Source: Octopus sinensis
Taxonomy: Eukaryota
DNA: 64,000 bases
Assembly: GCF_006345805.1 (NCBI RefSeq)
Contig: NC_042999.1
Span: 29,140,001 to 29,204,000 of the forward strand
Direction: 5' to 3'
The position numbers and the translations under genes were made by a program. The notes beneath the pieces were generated by a model. It did no database searches. It was not told where the DNA came from and worked only from the letters and a program-made list of their open reading frames with translations. Below, piece by piece: positions 1 to 13,938 of the stretch (position 1 is its first letter; each line of letters begins with the position of its first letter).

Positions 1-450
1 CTCACTTCCTCTTTCTCTTCTCTCTCTTCCTCTTCTTTCTCTTCTTTCTCTCCACTTCTCCCTTTTCTTCTTCTTCTTTCTTTTCTTCTTTCTCTCTCCT
101 TCTTCCTTTTCTTCTTCTTCTACTTCTTCTGCTTCCTTGTTCTCTTCTTTTTTCTCTTAAAGGTCTCTCTTCACCTTTCGCTTCTTCCTCCTCTTCTCCC
201 TCGTCTTCTTTTCTTCTTCTTTCTCTTCTACTTTCTCTCTCGTTCTTCGTCCTCTTCTTCTTTTTCTTCTTCACCTTCTTTTTTTTCTTCACCTTCTTTT
301 TCTTCTTCACCTTCTTTCTCTTCTTCACCTTCTTTTTCTTCTTCACCTTCTTTCTCTTCTTCTTTCCCTCTTCTTCTTCTTCCTCTCTTTATCTCTTCCT
401 CTCCTTCTTCCTCGTCTTCTCTTCTTTTTCTTCTTTCTCACCTCGTTCAA
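1..450. repeat. Polypyrimidine (CT/CTT) low-complexity tract with ~18-21-bp CTTCTTCACCTTCTTT units
   Basis: Almost only C/T; about six CTTCTTCACCTTCTTT-type units at ~255-360. The poly-K/R/E ORF 2..346 is a by-product. Confidence 0.9.
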
Positions 451-477
451 CTGTTAATACAACTGCAATTGTAACTC

Positions 478-512
478 TACTCCTCCTCCTCCTCCTACTA
501 CTACTACTACTT

Positions 513-544
<32 letters not shown>

Positions 545-556
545 GATGCTGCTGCG

Positions 557-592
<36 letters not shown>

Positions 593-600
593 TTTTTTTT
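478..600. repeat. (CTC)n/(CTA)n trinucleotide microsatellite
   Basis: Direct reading of the sequence. Confidence 0.9.
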
Positions 601-849
601 CACTCTTTCAAGTAGCTGCAACCCAGGTGTTTTTCATAACTCTTCGTTAGGCATCTTCGTTCCTCAATTAGCTCTGGTAGATCCTCAATAATAAGTCCTG
701 CGCCTTTACCAATAAAACCAATATAGTATAATGCCCTTCGCTCTATCTTATGTTGCGGAAACTCTCTAATGTATATTACCCAATTTGGCCTGTGGTTCAG
801 CAGAATAACATTTTGTACGAGACAGCATAACACAGTTGAGAACATAAAC
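600..849 (-). CDS. Candidate terminal coding exon of an unidentified, possibly membrane, protein
   Basis: Non-repetitive 82-codon frame (FMFSTVLCCLVQNVILL...CSYLKE*) after a weak acceptor (ctaataacag|). Phase-compatible with candidate exon 13939-14027. No homologue recognised. Confidence 0.2.
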
Positions 850-1669
850 CTGTTATTAGAATATTGTCTTTACCTTTTTATCAAATGATGGTATTCAAGT
901 AATTATTTGAAGCGCGTATGTATACATATGTGCATATGTGTATGTGTGTGTGCGTGTCTCTCTGCGCATCAGGAGTGATGCTTCTCAACTCATCTGTAAT
1001 ATAAGTAATATATTATTTCTTTTGGTGATGTTACAGTTGTAGCAATGCAACTAATCTTTTTAACGAACAAAGTATTATTATTCAAATTCAAATATTCATA
1101 AATTCATGTCCTTTACGTAATCCTACACAAAGTAATACCTGCAATGGTAAAGGGTACAGAACTAACGCCTGTGATTGATTAAATAGCGTTATGGAGTGCA
1201 GGAAGAAAAGAAATATATTACTTCTATAATAATATAAAAATGGTAGATGCATATGCTATCTGTTGAGGATATCCAAGTCCAATATGTTGACATTCCTGAA
1301 CGGAACGACATATATTGTCTATGATCTTCATATTCCAAATGCATATTCGATTCCATATATATATATACATTATGCAAACACATATATTCAAGTACACATC
1401 TCCACACATACATACATAAATCTATGTATACATAGCCTAACATACCTACACAAAGGCAAAATAAGAAGACAGGAAACAGGAAAAAAGACCATATCCATAT
1501 GTATTCAAATTACAAGCAGGGAATACATATTCGCATTATTTCATATCACATGCAAATTTCGTTGCAAATGCGAATTCGCATTTTTGCACGTCAGAACACA
1601 CATTCACCAACAGAAACCAAAGTAAATGCACCTTAACTCTAGGCATCTAAAATATGCATACATACAAAT

Positions 1670-1808
1670 ATACACGCATACATACATACATACATACATA
1701 CATACATACATAAATACATACATACATACATATATACATACATACATACATACATAAATACATACATACATACATACATATATACATACATACATACATA
1801 CATACATA
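1670..1808. repeat. (TACA)n tetranucleotide microsatellite
   Basis: Direct reading; explains the MYVC-type ORFs. Confidence 0.95.
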
Positions 1809-2011
1809 CTGGCGGATATATACACATTGATAGCAAAGCACGCACACTACGTGGCATATTCACACAACATATTTTTACAACATATATTACGGCATCAAAA
1901 ACAGAAGCCTAAAGCCATCCGCATATAAACTTACTCTCCACCCTAAAGAAACATGCTTCGAAGTGCAGCTATAAAGAACTATACCATACACACATATACA
2001 CAATATATAGC

Positions 2012-2223
2012 TATTTCTTTACAACCCACAAGGGGATAAACACAGTGAGGACAAACAAATGGATTAAGTCGATTGCATCGACCCCAGTGAGAAACTGGTA
2101 CTTTCTTTATTGACCCCGAAAGGATGAAAGGCAAAGTCGACCTCGGCGAAATTTGAACTCAGAACGTAACGGCAGACGAAATACCGCTAAGCATTTAACC
2201 CGGCGCGCTAACGTTTTTGCCAG
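2012..2223 (-). mobile_element. tRNA-derived SINE, family C
   Basis: Same sequence as the copies at 5363, 41501 and 47756. Minus strand has B-box-like GAGTTCAAAT and the central block CCTTTCATCCTTTCGGGGTC. Confidence 0.85.
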
Positions 2224-3699
2224 GTCAAAGCCATATTGTATACACAATATTATATACACAATATATAGCATTGCACAGTACTCCTTAGTAACGCTACGGT
2301 ATACAAAAATATGATAAGGTACAAGATCACACACACCAAAATAAAGTCATACACGAGGTATCAACTCTCAATCAAAAGAATTACGTACGTTTACACATAC
2401 ACAACCACACACACACATATATATGTAGAGAATGTGTCACACAGATACACCATTACAAATCCACACAAGACAGTCCTGCTTGCTTTTTTCTCTCAGATAT
2501 CACAATTTATGCTCAAAGGCTTCCAAATCCTATCTGTGCATTTTTATACGCGGAACTCCTTTAACCAATGAGGTCCTATATAAACACAGTACCGGTACAA
2601 TATATGATTTACATGTTTGTTCTAGTATAGTGAACAACCAAATGGTTTTTCAAAGTGCTAGTTTAGCAAGCTAAATTTTACCTCAAATGAAATATTACCC
2701 CTATATAAACAGAAGTACATTCATAGAAACGTAATGTTGGATACATGTTATCTGACAGATTTCTTTCCTAACTTTGCTTTGTGCCAGTGTTTGTCTATAA
2801 GAAGAAAGTGAAGTTTTCTCAAATGTCAACGGTCATTCAAAGAGTAAAGTTACAAGATATCGTTATATTTATAACAAGCTGAACTTAGGAACTGTTTCAA
2901 TGAATTTTACTTTTATACGTACAACAATATAACACGAAACAAATACCGCACAACTAGTAATAAATAATATAACAAGAATTCGCTTCTGTATTACCAAAGA
3001 TCTTATGTTGAGCCATCAATGAGGAGACAGTGATAAATATCTCTATGTTATCGTATCCTAGAATTTCGAAAACAGGAAATTGATATGTGTAGCTATCTGA
3101 ATACATCAAGAAAATTTTAAAGTATTTACGACAATGTGTGCATTTCACAGTTACAAAATATTTCAATAGTTCAAATGAAAAGAACTTCAAAGATGAAAGT
3201 ATATCAAACTGATTAAAATCGATTTTATTTTCTGTTAAATACCGTTCTGACCTCAGAATACTTATATGTATAAATATATATATATATATTTGTGTGTGTA
3301 TATATATATATATATACATGAATATATATATATATATTTGTGTGTGTATATATATATATAAGCGTATTATACATACGTACGTACACACACGCACACATAC
3401 ACCCACTCAAACACATACACACATGCACACATTCACATATACGTACATATATGCAGTGTGAATATGGAAAAGAGTAATAGCTCCATTTATGTGTATAGAT
3501 GCCACTTCGATTTGTTAAAGCTACAGACATACCTATTTTTAATTATGCCCACCAATACACACTATAAGACTGCTTGTGTGTGTTTGTGTGCACGAATTTA
3601 ATTAGTATCGTCTATTTCAATGGAAAATATACACAAATGTATGATATTAATTATAGGTTTTTGGTGTTAATGTGAGCGTGTGTGACTGAGTATATATGT

Positions 3700-3700
3700 A

Positions 3701-3755
<55 letters not shown>

Positions 3756-3762
3756 TATATAT

Positions 3763-3858
<96 letters not shown>

Positions 3859-3908
3859 GTATTTATGTATATTCACTTATGTGGAATTATATTTATCATA
3901 TATGTGGG

Positions 3909-3960
<52 letters not shown>
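3700..3960. repeat. Interrupted (TA)n microsatellite, representative of dozens in the window (e.g. 4325-4545, 21180-21410, 23260-23440, 35960-36090, 48900-49190, 56440-56910, 61510-61745)
   Basis: Direct reading; gives the YIYI-type spurious ORFs. Confidence 0.95.
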
Positions 3961-4299
3961 CTCTTTGTTCCCGTCATGTGTAGTGTACCGCTGTGTGTGC
4001 GTGTATGTGTTTGTGTGTGAATGCTTATAAACTTACATTCTATGTTTTGCAAATACTTTTGTATAAAACTCGAGGTAATGTCTCTCGATGGAACAGATAT
4101 TTTGGCGTCTATAATCTAAAGTCTTATGAATTCCTATAGCACGATAAAGACCCCATATTGTTTAGAATGGCCCTAGACGTAAACATACAAACACGCATAC
4201 ACACGAAAGCACGAAGTCACAGGCCAAAACAATTCTTCTGTCTCTGTGAGAGACTATCATTCTCTCTTTCAAAATTTTAAACACTCATTTTCTCTCCGT

Positions 4300-4361
<62 letters not shown>

Positions 4362-4452
4362 TATATATATATGCGTGTGTGTGAGTGTGTATCTGAGTGT
4401 GTGTTTGTGTGTATGTGTGTGTATGCACACATATACATTAATATATATATAC

Positions 4453-4530
<78 letters not shown>

Positions 4531-5362
4531 ATATATATATATACAAACATACGCACTCATAAGTAGATACAAACATAGAAATATAGATAGGGAGAACTAT
4601 ATGAGTGGGAACTTTTGTGCAAGTATATGTGTTCGTGTGTACGTGTTTGTATGTTCATAGCCATAAAGGTGTGTGTGTATGTACATGCGGACAAAACAGA
4701 TGGAAGTTAAATTTACGGTATCAGTTTTAAGATACACTGTTATCTGTAAATTTTATCCCATTTACTAGTTTCACTGTTGATTAATACATTATCAGTGATC
4801 GCGATATCTTTCTTCCTGACAAGTGAGATAATAGTTGGTTTCGGCTAATTATAGTGACCTGGCCGAGAATATAATTGGTTTGCTTTAATTAACATACATT
4901 TTTTTTTCAGAAACACGAATGACGTACTTTCTGGAATTTTACACGGCATTTTAGAACAAAATATGTATGTAACATTCGGCGTCTGATTTTAGTAGTCATA
5001 TTCCTCTCTCCTCATCAGAAACAGTTGGCTTAAAAGCATTTCTTTCTCTCGATGATTTGAATAGTAATCCCGTACCTACTAATTTCAAGACTATATCTAC
5101 TTCGTATGTCGCATAGTTTTATCTTGACAAAATATTAATTAAGCAACCTACAGTTATGGCATACAGAGACTAAGATAGAAATACACACGTGTAGTCTAAT
5201 TCTAGAAGTAAAGCATTTTGCATCGTGAGTGTATATCTTAAATTACGTAACGTCAGATATAGAATGTCATGGCACAAGACAGACGAATGTAAATTCTTTG
5301 GTCACACAAACTCTAATACGTTAACCGGGGGAGTTCATTTTCGTAGAGAGGATGAATATGCA

Positions 5363-5555
5363 TGCTTAGTGGTATTTCGTCTGCCGTTACGTTCTGAGTT
5401 CAAATTACGCCTTAGGCCGACTTTACCTTTCATCCTTTCGGGGTCGATAAATAAAGTACCAGTTGCGCACTGGGATCAATGTAATCGACTTAATAGCTTT
5501 TCTGTCCCTGTTTGCCCCCCTTCTGTGTTTAGCCACTAGTGGGCAATAAAGACAT
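5363..5555 (+). mobile_element. SINE family C, 5'-truncated
   Basis: Reverse complement of 2012-2223; includes GTTCTGAGTTCAAATT and CCTTTCATCCTTTCGGGGTCGATAAATAAAGTACCAG. Confidence 0.85.
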
Positions 5556-5608
5556 ATATATATAAATCAATAAATAGTTGGGTTGTGTTAAGCATACGTG
5601 GAGAAATG

Positions 5609-5788
5609 ATAGGAAAGGAAAAATTATAAGGTAGAATGCTAAGTTGAACATAAATTTTAGTAAAAATGGGTGTATGAAATTTTTTTTTTAAATGATAAAG
5701 AAAAAATATTTTCTCTTTTAATTCTTCATACACCCATTTTATAAAAATTTACTTTTAATTTAGCATTCTGCCTTAAAATTTTTCCTTT

Positions 5789-5793
<5 letters not shown>
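5609..5793. mobile_element. MITE-like foldback element with ~70-bp imperfect terminal inverted repeats
   Basis: Arm 5609-5678 (ATAGGAAAGGAAAAATT...GGGTGTATGAA) is the imperfect reverse complement of 5725-5793; the right end abuts (TA)n. Confidence 0.6.
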
Positions 5794-5833
<40 letters not shown>

Positions 5834-5863
5834 ATTAATTTTATTTTATCGCATTTTGACTTT

Positions 5864-5892
<29 letters not shown>

Positions 5893-5899
<7 letters not shown>

Positions 5900-7042
5900 A
5901 GAATGAATGTTTTTATATATAATGAACGTGAAATACAGGAAGGGACGAACACGGAACACAGACAAATCATTCGAAGCCTTCAATCTTCAGTCAGACACCG
6001 AAACATCATAGCAAATTTCGGCTGTTCAATTCTGATATTTGCTCCAACTCGGCCAGCCCCAAGAAAAAAAACTAAGCTGTAAGCATTAGATTTCTTGGTA
6101 GAAGACAGGAATGTGAACGCACAAGACGGATGTGAATACAAGAGACGAAAACGAAATTGAAAACAGTAATGAATAAACAAAATATATATAACGGTGGTTG
6201 TCATACGACTTTAGACCAAATGAGACAAAAACAACAACAACAACATAGCTGGCGTAGAAATAATTACCGTTTCGGTAGCGGGGACACATGTTGGTCGAGA
6301 TACGAAGGCCAACAGAATGGTTTAAGAAGCAGCAGGTCGCAGGAGAGAGAGAAAGAGAGACAGAGAGAGAGGGAATCAAAGAGGGTGGAAGGCAGGGGAC
6401 AGAATCAGTGACCAAGAGAAAAGGAGAAAGAAGGGATTAAGGAGGATGGGAGGAAGAGGGGAGGAGGATGGGAGGAAGAGAGGGGAAGAATCGGAGGGCG
6501 CCAAAAAGTTTGGTGAAGAAGCAATGGCGGGTAGGAAAGACAGTGTGTATAGAAGTCGTGCAGGGTTTAAAATGGACAAAACAAACGGGGGGGGGGTGCA
6601 CGTAACGCCGCAATAATATAAGAATGAATGTTTTTATATATAATGAACGTGAAATACAGGAAGGGACGAACACGGAACACAGACAGATCATTCGAAGCCT
6701 TCAATCTTCAGTCAGACACCGAATCATCATAGCAAATTTCGGCTGTTCAATTCTGATATTTGCTCCAACTCGGCCAGCCCATAGAAAAAAAACTAAGCTG
6801 TAAGCATTAGATTTCTTGGTAGAAGACAGGAATGTGAACGCACAAGACGGATGTGAATACAAGAGACGAAAACGAAATTGAAAACAGTAATGAATAAACA
6901 AAATATATATAACGGTGGTTGTCATACGACTTTAGACCAAATGAGACAAAAACAACAACAACAACATAGCTGGCGTAGAAATAATTACCGTTTCGGTAGC
7001 GGGGACACATGTTGGTCGAGATACGAAGGCCAACAGAATGGT
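5893..7042 (-). mobile_element. Truncated PLE-like insertion: two 429-bp direct repeats (pseudo-LTR-like) around a 292-bp purine-rich spacer
   Basis: 5893-6321 and 6614-7042 are near-identical (period 721). The spacer's minus strand begins FVLSILNPARL, resembling PLE ORF C-termini, then a CT-rich tract like the one after the PLE ORF at 26.4 kb. One end lies in (TA)n. Duplication is certain; PLE identity is inferred. Confidence 0.55.
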
Positions 7043-8917
7043 ACACAAATGTGAATGCCTAAATACATACAATCTTATAGGTGGGATCATATATTTTGGT
7101 AGTGTAAAAAAACGTTACTGATTGTCATGTTTTGACATTGATTTCTGAAATATATTTTATTTATTACCTTCTTTCAAGATTAAAGGGCTATTCAGATATC
7201 TCGACGAACATTTACATTTTTACATTCTAAACAGCAACAGAAGAGATGTTCGCCGTGTTTGATCAAGTAAGCTGCATGCCGATGTTCAGCTTTTACACTT
7301 ACTATTTTCTAAATCATAGTAAATGTTTGCTGGTCAATATCTGTATCACGTAGGGATGTGCAAGTGTTATAAGAGAGTTCATTAGTTTGACTCGGAGCTG
7401 TAAAAAGGCTAACGTATTATCTGTGTCGTTCGTCTGAGTGTAAAATTAGGGTAAGTGCTACTTTGGTTTTTGATGTGGTCACATACATTACGAAGGGATG
7501 CATTTTTTTCCAGCGAGGCAACGCTTACTCTTATTCCCACTAATAGGTGTTTGGCAACGTCTTATTACTATAGATCGTTTACTATGAACAACATTTTTTT
7601 CTGCCGAAGTTTAAGTCGAGTTTTGGTAATGAAACCGGGTATGTTCAACGTGTGTCGCCTTTGAGATGAATCACCGCTCGTAGTTTAAACAGTGTTAGCC
7701 CATATGTTGGGAGTTGTTTACATTCAAGGTATAGGGAAGTTGTGATTCAATCCACTGTATATTTGATTATTTATTCTCAGATCAGCTCTCAAGGATTACG
7801 TTTGCGATCGAAAATGTTCTAGATTATTTAAATCTTTGAATTTTTAGCTTCTATAAGACAGTAAAGTACCATTGATGTCAATGTTGTAGTTGTTTTTAGT
7901 GTATCAGTCCACCATATAAAAAGTTGTGTCACGCACTGAGAAGAGCTTTTTCTGATTTTGGGTAATTATATTATGTAGTCGAAATGTTACGATGTGAATA
8001 AACTTCTCAGGTTATTTTTGCAATGTAGCTTTGAAAATAATATGTTAACGTGGGTTTTCAATGTACACAAAGTCTTATAAAGTGCTTCAGACAAAATGTA
8101 AAGTAAACGTCTGTTGTCAGAGTGCTGTACGCAAGAAACATTTGCATTTACCGGTCTAAACGATGAAACCTCTCTTCTAGACAGTGTGTTTGGCCTCGCA
8201 GGATTCAGGAATTTCAACATTATTTTGCAGAAGTGTTTAAGTGGGAAAAATATAATATATCCAAATTTAAAGTAGGTTTATCATCGCTTAAATTAAAGGG
8301 ACATATATTCCGTGCGGTTGTATACTCTTTTTTACAACACCGATTAGATTTATGTCACATGTCGGCTTTAAGATAGCGGCTGTACGAATTCAGGTCATTC
8401 AACGTAAAGTATTACATTGCAACCTGTCTCCAAATTTAGGGTGTATTCCTCTGTCATAAAGAAAAGTATTGGTGATGATATGAGCAAACTTAAATGTGCG
8501 GTCAATCATATTGTTGAAACGAAAAAGAGGGGGATCAACATGCTGTATATACTTATTGGTGAGATAGGTGAATGGAATCGAAGAATTTGTACGTAAGACT
8601 ACATGTCAGAAATGGAAAAGAAGCGCAACAAAAGATTCTGTTGCACCTGGTGATGTAACTTGAAACATATTGGCCAAGATTTCTACGTAGTTATTTCTTT
8701 GTAATTTGAATATTGCTTACCAAGAATAAATGATATTCTCCACTCCTCACGGGTATGTGGAAGATTCTGCCTTCCTTACATTCCACAACGTGATTTTCGC
8801 AGTTCTGAAAATTATGATACTAATTTTATGGATGAGAAAAGTATCGTCGCACGTTTAGCACGAAGGCCAACGTTTACAAGTTGGATACTGTGTCACTGTA
8901 CCGCAGGATATGTATCA

Positions 8918-9217
8918 GTGGAGGCACATGGCCTAGTGGTTAGAGCAGCGGACTCGCGGTCGAGGGATCGAAGGTTCGAATCTCAGACCGGACGACGTGT
9001 GTGTTTATGAGCAAAACACCTAAGCTCCACGCGGCTCTGGCAGAAGGTAATGGCGAAACCCCTGCTGACTCTTTCGCCACAACTTTCTCCCACTCTTTCC
9101 TCCTGCATCTTGCAGCTCACCTGCGATGGACCGGCGTCCTGTCCAGGTGGGGATCTTATACGCCAAGAAACCGGGAAACCGGTCCTTATGAGCCAGGCAT
9201 GGCTAGAGAAGTAACAA
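8918..9217 (+). mobile_element. tRNA(Arg-like)-derived SINE, family B1 (resembles OR-type octopus SINEs, from memory)
   Basis: A-box TGGCCTAGTGGT, B-box GGTTCGAATC, AAC tail; exact 14-bp TSD CAGGATATGTATCA at 8904-8917 and 9218-9231. Confidence 0.9.
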
Positions 9218-9742
9218 CAGGATATGTATCACCTATACTTTCGTTGCTTCACAATTATCCCCGGTAGTCTGTAAATCTAATTGCCTGATAATTCTTCCTA
9301 TACTCTCAATGTCGATAGCCAGTTTACCGTCAGTAATTCTGTCACGCTACAAATGCCTTTATTCTTTTTAACTGTCCAGTAAATGTATTGCTAAACGTTA
9401 TTTGAAGTTTCAATTGGTATCCAGAGTAAAATGTCGTATTTCATTAGCAAACGAAAATAAATTCTAAACCAAATTTCTCAACATTCTTAGAAGCTTCGAA
9501 GAAAAGAATAATCAACTAACATATTGGAAATGGGACATTTTTTACCGGTGCAAAATTTAGACGAAATGAAACGAGATACAAATGAGCTAGTTCAACATGA
9601 TTTCAAATGCATTGTTAGTGAAAACCAATATCACTTGGTATCAGATTATGAGAAATCGTTCTTAATTTGTTTAGTTTCAGAATGTTCCTTCTTTTCTCTA
9701 ATTTCAAATAATGTTATGTTTTGTCTGCGCTTGTTGTGATTC

Positions 9743-10154
9743 TACTCTTTTACTCGTTTACTTGTTTCAGTCATTTGACTGCGGCCATGCTGGAGCACCG
9801 CCTTTAGTCGAGCAAATCGACCCCGGGACTTATTCTTTGTAAGCCCAGTACTTATTCTATCGGTCTCTTTTGCCGAACCGCTATGTGACGAGGACGTAAA
9901 CACACCAGCATCGGCTGTCAAGCAATGCTAGGCGGACAAACACAGACACACAAACATATACACACACACTTATATATATATACATATATACGACAGGCTT
10001 CTTTCAGTTTCCGTCTACCAAATCCACTCACAATGCATTGGTTGGCCCGGGGCTATAGCAGAAGACACTTGCCCTAGATGCCACGCAGTGGGACTGAACC
10101 CGGAACCATGTGGTTGGTTAGTAAGCTACTTACCACACAGCCACTCCTGCTCCT
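9743..10154 (-). mobile_element. tRNA-derived SINE, family A, full length
   Basis: Matches the copies at 19427, 52285 and 55483. Head GGTTCCGGGTTCAGTCCC, internal TA/TG microsatellite, TAAAAGAG-like tandem tail. Confidence 0.9.
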
Positions 10155-13100
10155 ACCTTTACAAATAACGTTTATTTTTTTAATATATAATGATGAGCAC
10201 ATTCATTATGTTTATTCTGTCTTTGAATGTGTTTTATTGTTAGTGTGATGCATTTAATCTGTGAATATTAAATATATAAACATTGTTATAATCCTGAGCT
10301 ATAAATTTACTGCGTGGATAATACCAGTCCTTCGCTTAGTAATTTCAATGAGATTGGATTACCAAATACTGAATTTAGAAATACAAAAGAATCAGTAGTA
10401 TAATTACGCACCTTGAAACTGCAGTGATGAATTTGTTGGGCACACCTACACGTAGGAACTATTCGTTGCAGGAAATGCCCATGTGTAATTGTGTTGGCGT
10501 AACAATAGTGTTCCCACGTTATGTCATCCTTACGAATGATTAATGTGAAAATTCGCTTCTGCCAACAATTCGTTTTTGTCACAGTGGAACACTTTTCTTT
10601 CGAATATTAATCAGCATAAATCAGGGTGTCTGATTGAGATAATTTGTTATACAAATAAAGTGTATGTACGCGTAGCATATGTTGTCAGACGATGCAGATT
10701 ATGGTTCGAAAAATACATATATGGAATTCTAGACTGCAACCTCAGAAACGCACAGAAATATAGCTTTGCGGTGTGCCTACGTCAACGGATATATTTCAGT
10801 GAATAATAAAATAAACTTGAAATTCAGATTAGTGAAGTACTTCTAATGCGTGATTCGTGATTTTTTATTGAAGTATCATTGAAAGTAGAGAGTTGAGAAA
10901 ATGAAGGTCGCATCTGCTCTTTTACGGTCAAAACATATTTCAGAATAACATTTAATATGTTGCAATACAGTTTAGAAGCACTATAGCTGTTGTGAATGAG
11001 ATTTCCGTTGCTATTTGTGCTGCTAGTGCCACTGATTATGAAACTATTTACTTCATAGTTTAATAATATAGGTCAGGTTCTGTCAATAAAATAGAGTTTT
11101 GGATTTTTGTGTATGATACATGTCAGATTTAATTCAACATATATGTTCCATTCCCTGTTTTAGAGAAAACATATAGAGAACTATATGATCCAATCTAATA
11201 TAGATGTATATGACTGTTGATTTTAGCAGACTGAGAGAAATATTCTCTTATATAAATGAGTTAAAATACGTTTAATATTTTCCTGCTTTTCTCATCATCC
11301 TAAGTTGATGGGACAATGTTCTGTGCACTAGGGCCGAAAAATGCGTTACTATGCAGCGTTCATGTTTTTTTTTTTTTTTTGCACACAGCTATCATGATGC
11401 CTAAAGATCATCTCCAGTGGATAGCATTGTAAACCCCTTTTGCTTATATTAAGAACACACTTTTATCTCTTCGTACTATCCTTATATAGAATTCTCCATG
11501 CGTCATGTTTCTTATACAAATTGATTCTGAGAAGAAGAACAAATCTGGTATCGTAATTTATCTCTTTACTGCCCCCTTTATTCTCTTTTACGTCAAACAA
11601 TATAAATCGGAAAATAAGCTGCTTCTTTATAATATATGCTAAATCTATCCGTCTACGTTTTGAGAGATACTGATTGGAAGTGGCAGTAGAAGAAAATTCG
11701 TCCAAATACTTCCAATTAGGCGGGGGAGGCTATGATATAGAAAGATCCAGCAATCGAGTCTTAGGTAATTGCCAGTCCCTTATTCTTTTTTTTTTTTTCA
11801 TTGTTTGCTGAATGCAGATTTTAAGAACTTAAAGTCAGTGTTAAGAAGGGGAAAAAAATTAAGAATATAGAAGCTTGTCGTCTTTTGATTGGTTAGATAG
11901 ACGTATGCATCTCTCATCTTTGGAATATCTTTGCACGCAGCTACCACTTCGTACAATACATTGAAAACAGTAGGTACCGAGCCTAGCTTTGGTGTGATCT
12001 TGATCAGTTTGCATCAATCAGATATCTGGACCCCTCAAACTACATGATAACTCTCCTAATGACTGCCCGTTCAATTTATAACGGCTAGCTTGCTTTTATC
12101 TATACCGGAATCTACCCTGTGAAATATATGTGTTACATATCTGAGGTGTTTCTAATAATATTATTCTCTCCCTAAGTGAAGGATTTTCCTCACGTATATA
12201 GCATTATATTATTTTATGTAACTGTAGAAAGCTGCACAAATTAAGGTGCAGGTTCGCCGGACTTCCTAAGAATACACTTACAATCAGCTGCCGTTTAAAA
12301 ATGAAAAAAATGCAGTGTATCAATGTAATTTTCGAATAGCTTTAAGGTATCGTTAACAGCCTGGTTTCGGACCCAAACTTCTGAGTTCTTTTATAGGGCC
12401 TAGAAAAACTGAAGAGATGCTGTGATAGATAGGCGAATTCGAGAGCGGAATATGTTTCTCTGAATCAAAATCAAGTGAACATGGTGCATTTTGTTTTACC
12501 CAAACCTAGGGACTTTCCTATATAGATATATCTTTATTCTTATATATGTAGATATATAAGTGTATGTGTGTGTGTATACACGTCACTAAAGTGACAGAGG
12601 ATACTACTTACTACCAGCTTTGCTGGAAATGAGAGTCAAGGGAACTCAGTTGGCGCAGGACAACTATATTAATGACTGACAAAAGCCACAAGCTCCCTAG
12701 CATACATAGCCAGATTACCGATGATTTCGAATTTTGAGGCAGGGCATCTTAATCCTCATCGATCATGGCTCCTACTATGCCTAGGGATTAAACTTAACTT
12801 ACCTTTTAAACTTATGAGGAATCCGTTTAAATCAGCTGATTTCAAAACCAGTAGAAGTTAACACTACAAATAATATACGTGGCTTATTAACAATTAAACA
12901 ACTTAAATACAAATTTATAGATGTCCCTAAAATATTAGAGGGTGCTGGGTAGTAGCAGCATCGCTAGAAATAAGAGTCAAATCAATTCAATAGCCGCAGA
13001 AGCACAATCATCATGCCTGACAAGAGAAACAATTTCCCTACCGGACAAATGTTGTTAAATTGCCAATAAGTCACCCATATTAATTGTAGTTTTCCTTTTT

Positions 13101-13181
13101 GCCATTTTTGAGATCAGAATATGACTTCAACGGTTTTTGTTATGATCTGACAAGCTGAGTTAAGTTTAAATCTAGGCGAGG

Positions 13182-13254
<73 letters not shown>

Positions 13255-13349
13255 TGCCGAAAGAAAATAAATCGTTGATAAACCTGTTATATTACGTAGA
13301 AAGTTAATCTCAAGATGAAGTATGATTCGTAAAGAATACATGTACTCAG

Positions 13350-13403
<54 letters not shown>

Positions 13404-13938
13404 AGTAGTAAATCAGTTATTCTTATGCTTTAAAAACCATTCAATCCTAACTGTCTATCTTTTGCTGTCGGTTCGTGTTAGTAAATTATATTTTCATTTT
13501 TATTCATTTTAATTTCTCTCGAAGATACGTTCATTTAACATTTTATAATAATAGTTATGCTTGTGAATATTTGCTTATTCGTCTTTGGCTTTTCTTCCAG
13601 CAGTTTCGCTTAAAATATTTTTTACTTTCCTCTTCTCTCGTAAATCTTTGGTCAATTCATTTCCGTTTAGTCTTCAGCAAACTTTCCTTTTGGCTTACTT
13701 CCATAATGACCTTACAGTGAACATTTAATCCAGTTGGCAGCAATCAATTTATTATTCATCTCTTGTTATTTTCGTTAATATGTTTCCGAGCCCACCCATT
13801 CATTCCATCCTTATAATCTAAACGCTATTATTGAGTGATATATCAAATTTCTATTGTTCGACATTTCAAATATATCGCTAAACAAACAAAACATTGAATA
13901 TTAACAAAAGTAATCAACAACAGAGTAATAGAACTTAC

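Noticed and set aside
2-346. 114-aa K/R/E-rich ORF
   Set aside because: Translation of a CT-rich low-complexity tract at the window edge; no evidence of coding.
7241-7266. EMFAVFDQ EF-hand-like mini exon
   Set aside because: Eight residues only; no compatible neighbouring exons found.
8920-8992. tRNA-Arg-like sequence (also 51644-51715)
   Set aside because: No proper acceptor stem or terminator; continues into a SINE body, and the 8.9-kb copy has a TSD.
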